This document shows positions 27,733 to 40,199 of a stretch of DNA of 64,000 nucleotides, in pieces. The stretch comes from the human T2T-CHM13v2.0 reference genome, Homo sapiens: NCBI RefSeq assembly GCF_009914755.1, contig NC_060927.1. One strand, written 5' to 3'. Within the stretch, counting starts at the first letter, position 1. Every line of letters begins with the position of its first letter. Below the pieces are notes generated by a model. That model saw only the letters and a list, made by a program, of their open reading frames with translations. It searched no databases and was not told the origin of the DNA. The position numbers and the translations under genes are program-made.

Positions 27733-28929
27733 CATGCCAGAATATACCCCCCACCCCGTCTGTATGTGTGTCTGTGTGTGTGTGTACATACCATATCCTA
27801 TGAGGGCTATCTTTCAAAGCTGTCATCTTAAGAAGTTATATACTTACTCCTATGGTGGCACTTTAACAAATATTTAAATTAGAATATTAAAATGTCAAGT
27901 GTCCAATAATATTTCGTTTTAATTATGTCAGGCCAATTCTAATTTTATGCCTCCATATCTCCCCAACTAGGATTTGAAGAGATTGAAGACTGTTCAGTGA
28001 TAACTCAGCATACCCCCAATTCCACCCCATTTCACTCTGTGAAGAACTAGTTCAGGTATGTGATAAGGAGAACCATGGGGTGGAATCCAAAGAGGGCTCC
28101 TATTTCTGGCCCTGCAATTTGATTTGTATGATCTTGGGTATATCCTTTAGCTCCTGGGCCCAGATATACAAGAAAGAAAGAATGTTTGCTTCTGGGAAAT
28201 GTTATCAATTTCCTTGATAATCACAGGGGAAAGGTTCCATGTAAAAAGAGGAGGGTACAGTATTTATCTTCTTAAGAATTTGACATGGCTAACCTCTTGT
28301 GAAATAGGTGGGTAGACAGTTATCAGCTGAAAATAATCTCCCTGAATTATTTTCACTTTGTTCATTTAAAAATTTCACAGCCATTTCTAAGACCCAAAAT
28401 AACAAAGATTTAACACTGTTACCACTGAAAGAAGCTCTAGGCCTGGAGGTTGAAGGAAATCATAGAATGAGTAGGGACCTTGTTTTACAGGTATAAAGAT
28501 GAGAAAAGTTACTTTACAGTTGTAATTACTTCTTTATTTACTTTAGGAGAGTCTAGATCTTCATGTGTCATATCCAATTGCTAGCACATACAGGTTAATC
28601 CCTGATTAACCCAGCACTGACTTCTGGTAACAAATAATGCTGACCATAAAACATGGGTTGTTAAAATAATCAGACATATGCACTAAATCTTTCATGGAGT
28701 CCAGCAAATTGTATATTTATCAAAACTGACAGGGTATATTAGTAAAAGACAACTCCAATTGATCATTTAATTTCTCTTAACTTTAGTTTTCCTATGAGAG
28801 AAATGACTTATGCAGTATTTTTCATATCTGGCTGTGTGTGTACATACACATACACACACACAAATCCAATAGCTTTTTAATAAATAAATAATAGAAATGA
28901 TAAAAAAACACAACTTTTATTGATAAAAA

Positions 28930-29130
28930 TACAAATAGCTATTATTTAGCCACTGCTTACGACATGAGCCTCTGTGCTAAGCATTTTACACATTATTTCA
29001 CTTAAACCCTTCAATAAATGTATGAAGTATGTATTATTGTTATCATCCTGAGATTGCCAGTGAAGAAATAGTCTTAGAAAAGTTAATTAAGTTACACAAG
29101 ATCACAGAGCTTGTAAGTGACAGAACAGTA
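28930..29130 (-). mobile_element. MIR SINE
   Basis: 'tgtgctaagcattttacacattatttcactt...aagatcacagagcttgtaagtgacaga'. Confidence 0.7.
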
Positions 29131-30944
29131 TGGCTCTAGATCACTCCTTTATGTGGTGAGCACGTACTAAGAAATATACTATACAAAGTAATAGCTTATA
29201 TGCAATAATTAAAGGACAAAATCTGTCACTGAATTTATAGTGAGCCAGATTTCCTCAGGGCCTTGACTGTCAATGGTCAGTAAGCTTAGCTGACAGCCAA
29301 GGCCAGTCCTGCCATGCCCTGGATCAGGGTGAGCTGACCAAGCCAGAAGCATTAGGTAGCCTTCAGGCCATTGCTGCTCTTTCTCACCTGTTGGCCAGAG
29401 AAATGCACAAACAACTAGGTCTGACTAGCCCTGGACTAGAATCCTCAGGTGTGTGACCAGAAGAAGCGCAGAATTGTTGTCTGCTCAGTCTAATGGTCTG
29501 TTATCCCAGGGGAGCCCAGGCTGCACTTTGCTCCTGAAATGACTCTCTGGAAAGGTCTTCTGCCATTAGCTATAATGGCTGCAGGCAGCTTAAAGGGCAA
29601 ATCATCCATTTGTAATCCTAAACCCAGATGTCAAAGATGATAGGGAAGAGTGTGAACTGTGTGGTTTAAATGATTCTAAATTATGCTCCTGAGAACTCTT
29701 GTGAGGGTCAGGCTGTAAATGTCCCACTCCTGCCTCAACTCTATAACAACTCTTCCCTGTAAATGATGCCCACTTTGGGATTCTATGTGAGATTTCATAT
29801 GTATAACATGTTCCCTGGTAAAATACATTTGTTGTCATTAGTGTGGCATGGAGGCAGATTCATTATTCCATTAGGGAGAAAATGTACTCTCAGATCCAAA
29901 GGACGTATTTATTGTTACATCCTTTCAAAGGTTCTTAAAAGAGTCAGATGAAGGATACAATTATTAAGATATTAAAAGATGGCACTTTGCAGCTGACAGA
30001 GCTTTATTTTATGCTTCTTTTTTCTTGTTAGGATAGTAGAGATAAGAAAGATTTGAAAATAAGGTATTTAAAATTATTTTGAAAATTTGTTTTTAGAGGA
30101 AAGGAAACCTTTCATAACTTGGTGTAAATGAAAAAACTTTGGCTCTTCTTCCGGAAAAAGGAATCATGTATGGAAAATCCCCATCTAAAAGGTCACTTTC
30201 AACCGAAACTGAAAGAATATAAACAGGTTCATAATGTAAAACCAGAGAGGGATAAACAAGTATTCTTCAAGCTGAAATGCAGTGTGATATTTCTCTAAAG
30301 TGTTATGTTGGAAATGTTATGAAGTCATTTGTCATTATTATTTGATCATCTGTGCAAAAAACACAGCTAAATATTGCTTGAGAATTTGGAGGGAATGAAT
30401 TGAGCCTTACAAGGAGGAAATCCTCTTTTTTGATGCTACTATAAGGGTAACTTTTATTATTAAAGGAAATATTCCATTAGCGTTTACATGAAGTTCTCTT
30501 CATCATGGGTCTTAGTGGTGGGGACTATGTAATATTGGCTCTGGCTAGTTTCTCTGTAATTTGTTGGTAGAGATTAGTTCATCTTCTGGGGTCACAAAAG
30601 ATCTGGGGTGATGACTTACATGTACTTAAAAGGCAATTTGTTATCTTTGTATTGTCTCAGTGACCAAAGAGGCATTTTCCTGGGTTCTCTTGTGATGAAG
30701 ATGGGGTTTGGAAGTTTGCTTACTTACTGGGGTAATTCTGGCATCAGAATTATTTACTGACACTCGCACCTTTATACCCCTTTAAGCTCCCCATTGTATT
30801 GCTGTAGCTGGAAGCTTGGAAATTATGTTTCTTGGGCTCACTTGCTTAGCAAAGTTTCAAATTGGCAGGGCTATCCCTATGAGATGCTCTCACATGGGTT
30901 TGGAAAGTAGAAGAGAGGAATACCTTTTCTTTTTCGTCCCCTGG

Positions 30945-31342
30945 TGCTGTGGTTTGGATGCTTGTCCCCTCCAAAATACATGTTGCAATTTGATCTAGTG
31001 TTGGAGGTGGGGCCTTAATGGGTGAGGTTTGGGTCTTGGGGGCAGATCTCTCATAAATAGATGAATGCCTTCCCTGGGCTGGGGTGAGGGGGAGGGAGAG
31101 GTAGATGTTAAAAATGGCTTGGCATTTACCTCCCTTTCTCTCATGCTTCCTCTCTCACCTTGTGATCTCTGCATACCCTGGCTCCCCTTTGCCTTTCACC
31201 ATGAGTGGAAACAGGCTGAAGTCCTCACCATATGCAGCTGCTCAGTGTTGAACATTCCAGTCATCAGAAACATGAGCCAAATAAACCCCTTTTCTTTATA
31301 AATTACCCACCCTCAGGTATTCCTTTACAGCAACACTAAACA
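30945..31342 (+). mobile_element. MSTB-like MaLR solo LTR, inside an older LTR-like segment (about 30770-31720)
   Basis: 'tgctgtggtttggatg...gtgttggaggtggggcc...ataaattacccaccctcaggtattcctttacagcaacac'. Confidence 0.85.
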
Positions 31343-31877
31343 AGTTGGAAATGGTGGTGGGCAATTGAGTAGGCTTTCCAGATGTGAATGGTTGCCATTT
31401 CACCCATTTTGGAACTGCAGGCAGCTGAGAAGTTGGTAGTAGCTACTTGCATGGTCCCGATTTTGGGTGGCAGCAGTTTTCTTTCTCTTTGAGGCCACAG
31501 ACCTGAAACATGTGGCTTCTTCCTGGCTTTTGCTCCTCCAGTCGATGTAAGGAGGAGCTTACATTTTGCTCCTTACAAATTCAATGTAAGGAACTGTGTG
31601 CTTATAAAAATCCAAAAAATTTTGTTTATAAGCAACAATTGTGTGCTTATAAAATTCCAATTGAATTTGTTCCTGGTTGAAATAGTATGATTTCCATTCT
31701 CTGGCTGAATCTTGATTGACACAGGGGATTTTCTCCACGTTTATGCTTTTCCAGTGAAGAAGATATTCATTCCTGATTAGTGGAGCTCATTAAACTTTGG
31801 AAAAGAAATTTTCTATAGGCCCCAACTTTAGCAAGATCATGAGGTTTGGTTTTATCTTTTTAAAAGTCAATTAAGGA

Positions 31878-31945
31878 AACATCTCCTGTACCTCATAAAT
31901 ATATGCACCTGCTATGTACCTACAAAAATTAAAAATAAAAAAAGG
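31878..31945 (+). mobile_element. Short L1MA 3' terminus
   Basis: 'tgtacctcataaatatatgcacctgctatgtacctacaaaaattaaaaataaaaaa'. Confidence 0.75.
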
Positions 31946-32526
31946 AAAAATGAAAAAAAATCGATTGAGATAATATAATTTTTAATCAAAATAACACACA
32001 GTTAATGAAATCCCTTTCCAGCTGAATTTCTAATGCAATTTGTGTCTGTATTTTAAAGAGCTAATTAGGCTATAAATACAAATGAAGCTGTAAAACGTGT
32101 ATTTCATAACCAAGAAACAGAGTTTGTTTTGTTGTATTACCTGGGCAATTCCCTTTTCAATTGTATGGTTATGATTAGCAATGAACACGGAGAATTGAAT
32201 GCTAGGGCCATCACTAATTAGTAATCAGTGTCCATCTGAACTTGATTCAATGTTATGATAAGATCATTTATCCTCATTCATTGTCCATGCCTTCAGGGTA
32301 GAGAGTGCAGGGCTGGCAGTCATGAGGGATTCCTAGAGCTTTCACAGAGGTAGTATGGGGGCTTTCTCCAGAGGGGCCCTGGATCAGAGAAATTTCTCCT
32401 GCCTATAGTGCCAGACTCTCCTGAGCACTCCAGGGATATATCCTCCTAGGTCAATTGTCTTCCTCAGCCTTTTGACTCTGGTTCATGAAGTGTCTCTCTA
32501 AAGCTGTTGATAGCTACTATTGTTGT

Positions 32527-33273
32527 GGACAAAGAAACATTTTTGTAAATGTTTTTGTAACACTTCCTATGTTCCAGGCCCTATTCTAAGCACTATATAT
32601 ATAAACGCCAGCCTAGTCTTACTGGTTATTGCTGGGAAAGGCAGGGCCTTGTTTCTTCCTCCCTAGAGGAAATAGTAGAGAGGGTAATGGGATATGGTCC
32701 AGTTGAGCAATTTAAGTGATTTTCAGTTGCTGCATCATAACTTCCAGTTGAGTTCCTATGTAGTAGGAGAAAGAGAGAGAGAGGTGGAGTAAGGAAGTAG
32801 TGAGTACCTGTCATCAATAGGAGTGTCATTTATATAAATGTGGATATCCCCAGAGAATCACTAGTGTAGATGATCTTATATGTTTCGTTCAACTCTGAGA
32901 AACTATGAATCCATAAGGTGTGGTTGATTGCAGAAGGACAATGATCTCACTAACTAAGTGGCCAGAAACCCGAGACCTGGCTCCCACCGGGGCCATGGGA
33001 AGTCACACATCTCTCCTGGCTGTAGTGGCCTCATGTGTAAAGTACTTTTTACAGCAAGGGACTGGACAGAAAATCTCTGAGGTTTATTCTGGTTCAGAAT
33101 CTATAGGTCTGTGACATCATAAACATTTTATTGTATTAAATATGTCCAAAGTCTTGAATTTCATTCCTAGTTTTGTTATCTTAAGCGAAATGCATTAGTA
33201 TGTATAAAGTGCTTAGAAGAGGGCCTGGAACATAGTAAGTGTTACAAAAATGTTTACTAAATAGTCTCTGTCC
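32527..33273. repeat. Inverted repeat, arms 32527-32608 and 33192-33273 (MIR 3' tail)
   Basis: 'tttttgtaacacttcctatgttccaggccctattctaagcact' vs 'agtgcttagaagagggcctggaacatagtaagtgttacaaaaa'. Confidence 0.9.
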
Positions 33274-33593
33274 TCATTCAGGCAAGTCAAATGATGAACT
33301 CCATCTCATTTCCATGTTGCCCAAATGAAACTCTGATAATTTCCAGTCTTTTGGTTAAAGGAGCCTCTCTTATCAGAAAGGAATACATTGGCATCTGCCA
33401 TGGGTCAGGCACCAGTGACCCTGGGTGCCATCATGGTGTTAGGAGATTAGAAACTTTTAGTATGTTAATTTATCTGTGAATATATAGTTATTGTTATGTC
33501 TATCTTTCATCTGTTGATTTCTTTTCTATTGTGTTTTATTCATTAATTCCTCTCTTCCTACTTTTTTTACCTACAACTTCACCTTTCAGCTGA

Positions 33594-34918
33594 TCTGCAA
33601 CCACTGATAAATCACGTAACTTCTCTGAACTTCAGTTTTCACATGTATAAGATTCAGGGTCTGATCACTGGGTGGTCTCTACTGTCCTTTCCAGTTTTAT
33701 AATTCTAAAAATTCTAAAAATTCTGATGACTGCTGCTGGGACGATCTGTCTAGAGCAACACTGTCCAGCAGAAACATAATGTGAGTAACATATATAATTT
33801 AAAATTTTTAGTAGCCATCTTACAAGAATATAAAAATATAGGTGAAAATCATTTAAACAGTACATTTTATTTAACCTGCCATATCCCAAATTTTATTATT
33901 TCAACAGGTAATTTCTTAAAATGAACAAACTAATGAAAAATATATTTATAAGATATTTTACATCTCTGCCCTCTTTTCTTTTGGTACCAACTCTTTGAAA
34001 TCTGGTGTGTATTTTACTCTTACAGCACCCCTCAGTTTGGACCACACACATGTCACACACTCAGTAACACATGTGGCTGTTAACTTCTGTATTGGACAGT
34101 GTAGCTGTGGAACATTTTTGCTACGTTTCCTATTTCTGATGATAAACTGTCCAGTGTTAAAATTCCCCCATTAACAACCTTTTGCCATGCATTAGCTTCA
34201 TTTATTTCCAGGTTTTGTCCCTAGTCAAGTGAATCTGTTTCTTGATTATTAAAATGACTTTTCTCTTTTAACCCTTTCACAAAGCCCTCATCGGCCAACC
34301 CTTCAACTTTACCTGGTTCGAGATCCCAACACATTTTCTCAGGAATCCTTCATTGGATCTTGCTGTATGCTTTCCTTTGTACTGAGGTTGGTAACCAGAT
34401 TATCAGCTGATCCTCACATGTGGATTTGGTACCCAGTTCATATCACTTTTCTGTGTGTGGACATTCATCTCTTCAACCAGAACCTTTGATTCATTTATAG
34501 CCTTTCTTCACAAGAGGTCAAACTGAGTGCTCATTGATTGGCTGACCAAGATTTGGTATGCTACATTTTATAGAAACATAAATAAATTAAACTACTAAAC
34601 TGTATTTCTTATACTGTGTCATTTTACTGGTTCATTCATTTACTTACCTACCAAATGTTAATTGAGCACTTAAAAGAAGTCAAAGACCTGCTAGGCAATA
34701 GCAATACAGCAGTCCCAATACCTCATGGACATCTTTCAATGTCAACACATAGTCTTCTGTGAGCTTGAAATTTATTTCACTGTGTTATTTATTTTCTTGC
34801 TTTTTAGAATTATGAAACTGGAAAGGACACTAGAGACCACCTAGTGATCAGACCCTGAATCTTATACATGTGAAAACTGAAGTTCAGAGAATTTACGTGA
34901 TTTATCAGTGGTTGCAGA
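33594..34918. repeat. Inverted repeat, 118-bp arms 33594-33711 and 34801-34918 (MIR-type core)
   Basis: Manual alignment: ungapped, 4 mismatches in 118. Confidence 0.97.
33756..34104 (+). mobile_element. MER33 (hAT-Charlie)
   Basis: Ends 'caacactgtcca' and 'ttggacagtgtag'; 'tgaaatctggtgtgtattttact'. Confidence 0.85.
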
Positions 34919-34959
34919 GCTTACTGGTGGTGGAGCTGGCATTAGAAATCAGGTCTTCT

Positions 34960-35786
34960 CACATCTCAAAAGATGACATTTATGCGGCCCACGAACACAT
35001 GAAAAAAAGCTCATCATTACTGGTCATTAGAGAAATGCAAATCAAAACCACAATGAGATACCATCTCATGCCAGTTAGAGTGGTGATTATTAAAAAATGA
35101 GGAAACAACAGATGCTGGAGAGGCTGTGGAGAAACAGGAATGCTTTTACACTGTTGGAGTGTAAATTAGTTCAACCATTGTGGAAGACAGTGTGGCAATT
35201 CCTCAAGGATCTAGAACCAGAAATACCATTTGACCCAGCAATCCCATTACTGGGTATGTAACCAAAAGATTACAAATTATTCTACTATAAAGACACATGC
35301 ACACGTATGTTTATTGCAGCGTTATTTACAATAGCAAAGACTTACTTGGAACCAACCTAAATGCCCATCAATGATAGACTGAATAAAGAAAATGTGGCAC
35401 ATATACACCATGGAATACTATGCAGCCATAAAAAAGAATGAATTCATGTCCTTTGCAGGGACATGGATGAAGCTGGAAACCATCATTCTCAGCAGACTAA
35501 CACAGGAACAGAAAACCAAACACCGTATGTTCTTACTCATAAGTGGGAGCTGAACAATGAGAACAAATGGCCACAGGGAGGGGAACATCACACACCGGGA
35601 CCTGTCGGGAGGTAGGGGTAAGGGGAGGGAGAGCATTAGGACAAATACCTAATGCATGCAGGGCTTAAAACCTAGATTATGGGTTGATAGGTGCAACAAA
35701 CCACCATGGCACATGTATACATATGAAACAAACCTGCACATTCTGCACATGTATCCCAGAACTTAAAGTGAAATAAAAAATAAATA
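34960..35786 (+). mobile_element. L1PA7/8-like 5'-truncated LINE-1 inserted in MIR
   Basis: ORF2 C-terminal text and 3' UTR 'cctaatgcatgcagggcttaaaacctaga'; TSD agaaatcag(g/t)tcttct at 34944-34959 and 36121-36136. Confidence 0.93.
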
Positions 35787-36090
35787 GGACCGGCCACGGT
35801 GGCTCATGCCTGTAATCCCAACATTTTGGGAGGCTGACGCGGGTGGATCACCAGGTCAGGAGATCAAGACCATCCTGGCTAACACGGTGAAACCCCGTCT
35901 CTACTGAAAATACAAACAATTAGCTGGGCGTGGTGGCACGCACCTGTGTCCAAGCTACTCGAGAGGCTGAGGCAGGAGGAATCGCTTGAACCAGGGAGGC
36001 AGAGGTTGCAGTGAGCCGAGTTCACGCCACTGCACTCCAGCCCGGGCGACAGAGCGAGACTCTTCTCAAAAAATAAAAAAATCAATAAAT
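35787..36090 (+). mobile_element. AluSc-like SINE inserted in the L1 A tail
   Basis: Full dimer, 'gagatcaagaccatcctggctaacacggtg', 'atcgcttgaacc'. Confidence 0.93.
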
Positions 36091-37691
36091 AACTCCACCC
36101 CCTGCCCCCACAAAAAGAAAAGAAATCAGTTCTTCTTAATTTTTCCTTGGTACATTATGCTTCCCCTGTGTTGTTACCACCAGAACAATTACATGAATTT
36201 AAAAATCTTGTGTAACAAACTAGATTTTATGACAACAACCCAGCTAATACTGTTGCATATTGAGACTGATTTTCCACTTGAAAAATTTCTTTTGTCTTAA
36301 GGATTTTTCCTTCTTTTTACTGTGGCAGATTTTCAAAAGTGCTGCAATTTTCACGTGTAAATCTTAACTTGTAGATTACAGGCAGCTAGAAGGAAGGCAA
36401 CATGTTCCCAAAAGTTAATTACAAACTTCATTTTTTTCTTTCCCCCATAGCGTTCTGCTTTAGGATTCTGACTTATGATCAGTCAGTAAAACTTTAGATG
36501 TGCCTGTCACCAACTGAACGTCTGCAAGGAAATTTGATTCATGCCATGTTTAAAGATTAATTTCAGTTAAGCTTAGAGCTACAGCTCAGATAATAAAAAT
36601 CCAATTTCACAATATTTTCTTTTGTCTTAACAAGTGACAGAGTAAACAGATTTTGTAATGTTGACAGATGTAAGTAGTAGATTCAATATTCTTTAATTAA
36701 TAACTGAGTCTGTATATACAGTGATGATATTTCTTACACAGCATATATATTTAACTTTTTTCTACTTTGAGCATTTTGTAGAAGTGTTTTCCTTAATTAA
36801 GGTGCTATTTTTAAAGCTATTATTTTAGAATATTACCTGCACAAAATATATTTATTAAATTATTTAAAGTTATGAATTTTTAAGGCATCTTTATATTACT
36901 GCCTTCAAATAACCTCAGGTGCTTATTCTTGAGGCTCAGGTGTATTTGCATTTTTAATAAATCTTTCAGATCATTTTTATGCACATACAATTTTGAGAAC
37001 CTCTGATTTGAAGGGAGAGAAGAGTTTAAGTTTAAAAATTCCTGTCTCTCAAGATGCGCTGATGTTTTCCTTGCCCGCTGTTGTTCCATGTTATGTTAAT
37101 AGAAGTAAAGTCAATCGCTATCTATTAAGTTGATAATGTGACTAGATATTCTGAAGATTCTAGCTGAATCATTTGCTTAGTTAAATGAATGCATTAATTT
37201 GGTTTATCTAAATTTCCATCAATTAAATAATCAATAATTATTTTCTGAATAGTTCCTGAAGCAAGACTGCCAAAAATAACCAAACAGGTATAAAACAGAG
37301 CTGAAAATAACCAAATAGATGTATAACAGAGCTGAGCTTCCAGACCATCTTGTTAACACCTCTATGACACAGTCAACCCATTGTATTTACTATGTTGCTC
37401 TGTGCTCTGTGCAGCTCCTTGCTGGATTGTAAATTCCGTTAGTCATTTTGTGTCTTCAGCTCCCAGGACTATGCTTGGCACATAAAATTGTCACCTATTA
37501 GATATATCTGTATTTGAATTGATGAATGAGCTGGTTTGCCACTGGGATATGTTCCAAGACATAGGATAGAACCATCAAATGGTCGAATTTTAAAGCCAGA
37601 GTGTGTTCAGAGACCATGGTAACTCTAGGGAAACGTTTAAGGAAGGAACTACAGGTAGGCTTCAAGTTATGCTTATTATTTTAATTGAACT

Positions 37692-37882
37692 CAGTTGGCC
37701 CTTGGACAACATAGGCTTGAACTGCATGGATCCACTTATATGAGGGTTTTTTTCAACTGAACACAGTTTGAAAATACAGTATTTGTGGGATGTCAGATTA
37801 GGGTGTACAGAGGTGGACTTTTGTATAAGCAGGGCCAACTGTGGGACTTGAGTGTGTGTGGATTTTGGTATGCTAGGGGTGG
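37692..37882 (+). mobile_element. MER8 (TcMar-Tigger non-autonomous), 3' truncated
   Basis: 'cagttggcccttggacaacataggcttgaactgcatggatccacttata...gaaaatacagtatt...gtgggacttgagt'. Confidence 0.75.
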
Positions 37883-38164
37883 TGAGGTAGTGAGGCTTGG
37901 GCTGTGGAGGGTGGGGTATGTGTATACGCATGTCCTGAAATCAATCTCCAATATATACCAAGTGCAAATATACTTAATATTTCACTGCAGTGAAAATATG
38001 CTTAATAAATTTCATATGACACTTTCCCACACATTATTGCATAAGCATTTCCCTGTGCTATTACAACTCCACAAGCAACATTGTTATACAACATTTAATT
38101 AAATACATTTACATGTTTTGTACTATTCCCTATTCCCTTCAGCCGTTTTCCTACTGTTTCATTT

Positions 38165-38337
38165 CCTTCCTTTTTTCTTTTCTTCTTGACAAGGTCTCCC
38201 TCTGTCATCTAGGCTGGAGTGCAGTCTTGTGATCATAACTCACTGCAGCCTCAAACTCCTGGGCTCAAGCCATCTGTTCCTCCTGTCTCAGCTTCCCGAG
38301 TAGCTGGGACTACAGTCATGGGCCACCATATCTGGCT
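38165..38337 (-). mobile_element. AluJ right monomer / FRAM
   Basis: 'cactgcagcctcaaactcctgggctcaagc'. Confidence 0.85.
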
Positions 38338-39102
38338 TTTGAGACTATTTAGATATGAGATTAATTTTCTTAGTGAATCACTATATATATATATATACAC
38401 ACACACACTGTATATATACACTATATATACTATATATATAATTTCTTAAAGATATTTCTTAAATGCTTGAAATGAGGCATTTCTTAAAGATATTTTTAAA
38501 TAAATGCTTGAAATTTAGAGATTTCTCATAGAAGTGACATCCTAAATTGCAGTTGCATCCGCAGGCTGCTTTCTGAATTTTATTTTATCCATAGAACTGA
38601 TGGAAGTATCACTTATAGCCTCAAATCCCAACCCTCTAAGATACTCAAATATGGAAACTTGAACCTGATTGCAGACTTCTAGTCAAACTCATAGGCCTCA
38701 TAATTTTGATCATTTGGATCTTTACTTCCTTTAGGTCCTGAGCGAGGAAAGGGAGACTGGATGTGGTTTGTGGGCAAAGCATCCCAAGGCTGGGAGGTCT
38801 AGTCCATGGCAATGTTTGAAGAGGAACATGTGGGGTGTGTGTGTAACGTGTGTCTCTAGAGGTGGATGGATAGAATGGTCATGTCTGCAAAGAGGTCACT
38901 CATGTTGGCGGTGGCATATCCTCAAAAATAAGGCTGATTATAGTGAACATTGACTGTGACTCCAACACATTTGGATTTTGCACTGTAGCGATGGATTGCT
39001 ACTGAAAGTATAATCCTCTTACAATATTTATGTATGATTTAAACATACGGTTGAAATGAAGTCAAAAAAGGAAAATTCATGATATTCATTCTAGTAATAC
39101 TC

Positions 39103-39563
39103 TGTCCAAATCCCCTTCAATTTTTTTTCTTTTCTGCTTTTGTGCACCCTGCTCCAGTTTCTGTGAGCTGTCGCTTCTGACACCTGCGCGTTGGGGTCAC
39201 CCGAGGTCCACATGGTCACAGGCACTGGGAGTCTGGAGTTCTTGGGAGTTCTCCCCAGCCTCACACCTCAATATGCAGCTGTTGGCTGATGACCGGTGCC
39301 AGAATATGAAAGCTCAGCCCACTTTCCTTGAGTAGGAGAAACTGTGGAGTGTAATTTACATTTCAGAATTCCCCTGTGGAATCAGGCTGAAACTGCCCTG
39401 GGAGACTTTGAGTAAAGTGACACCTTGTTTGGCCCCTTCCCTAATCTTGGCTGCTTCCCCTGCTCTTCTACCAGTGTCTGCTGGGAGCACTTCCTCAATC
39501 AATTATTTGCATATAAATCCTTGCTCTACTCCAGGATCTGTTTTGGGGGAATCCAACCTAAGG
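39103..39563 (+). mobile_element. LTR16-like ERVL solo LTR
   Basis: 'gaatatgaaagctcagccc', 'ctgggagcacttcctcaat', 'ggatctgttttgggggaatccaacctaag'. Confidence 0.7.
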
Positions 39564-39754
39564 TACTTTGTTTTTTATGACCTGTGAACCCTTAGGTTCA
39601 GGTTTTTATGCCCTCTCCGATTCATTTAATATCTATAAACATCTTCCTAGTCAAAATCACACCCCACACACAAACACCTACTGTTACCACATTCAATATT
39701 TTTTTCAACTATGTCATTAATTCCTTAATGGCTACTGGGTTCTGAGTTTAATAA

Positions 39755-39925
39755 TTTTTTTTTTCTTTTTTAAGAAACAGGGCCTCACTCTGTTGTCCAG
39801 GCTGGAGTGTAGTGGCACAATCGTAGCTCTCCATAGCCTTGAACTCCTGGGTTGAAGCAACCTCTTGCCTCAGCCTTCCAAGTACCTGAGACTGCAGGTG
39901 CACACCACAACGCCTGGCTAACATT
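39755..39925 (-). mobile_element. AluJ right monomer / FRAM
   Basis: Poly(T) head, 'gtccaggctggagtgtagtggcacaatc...gaactcctggg'. Confidence 0.85.
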
Positions 39926-39957
39926 TTTGAATTGTTGAATATCTATGTTGTGGCAGA

Positions 39958-40081
39958 ATCAGTCACGGTGGCTTGTACCTGTATTCCCAGTTACTTGGGA
40001 GGCTGAGGCTGGAGGATCACTTGAGCCCAGGAGTTCAAGTCCAGCTGGGCGACATAGCAAGACATCGTCTCTTAAAAATAA
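39958..40081 (+). mobile_element. FLAM-like Alu monomer
   Basis: 'ttgggaggctgaggctggaggatcacttgagcccaggagttcaag...catagcaagac'. Confidence 0.85.
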
Positions 40082-40199
40082 TTATGTTATATGTTGTTGC
40101 TTTAATTTTATAAATAATCATATGATGAATAACTCAACCTTTTATTTTATTACTCTAGGATACATTCACAAAATATACATGAACTTTTTCCCTTATTCA

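Noticed and set aside
28593-28611. Short hairpin ggttaatc-cct-gattaacc (similar ttaactagt-caa-actagttaa at about 46870)
   Set aside because: 8-9-bp stems are expected by chance in 64 kb of AT-rich DNA.
36451-36669. Candidate exon (tttctttcccccatag ... gat|gtaagt)
   Set aside because: Good motifs but no recognisable coding content or partner exons; cannot be supported without RNA data.
38441-38514. About 35-bp direct duplication (atttcttaaagatatt...aaatgcttgaaat)
   Set aside because: Ordinary small tandem duplication.
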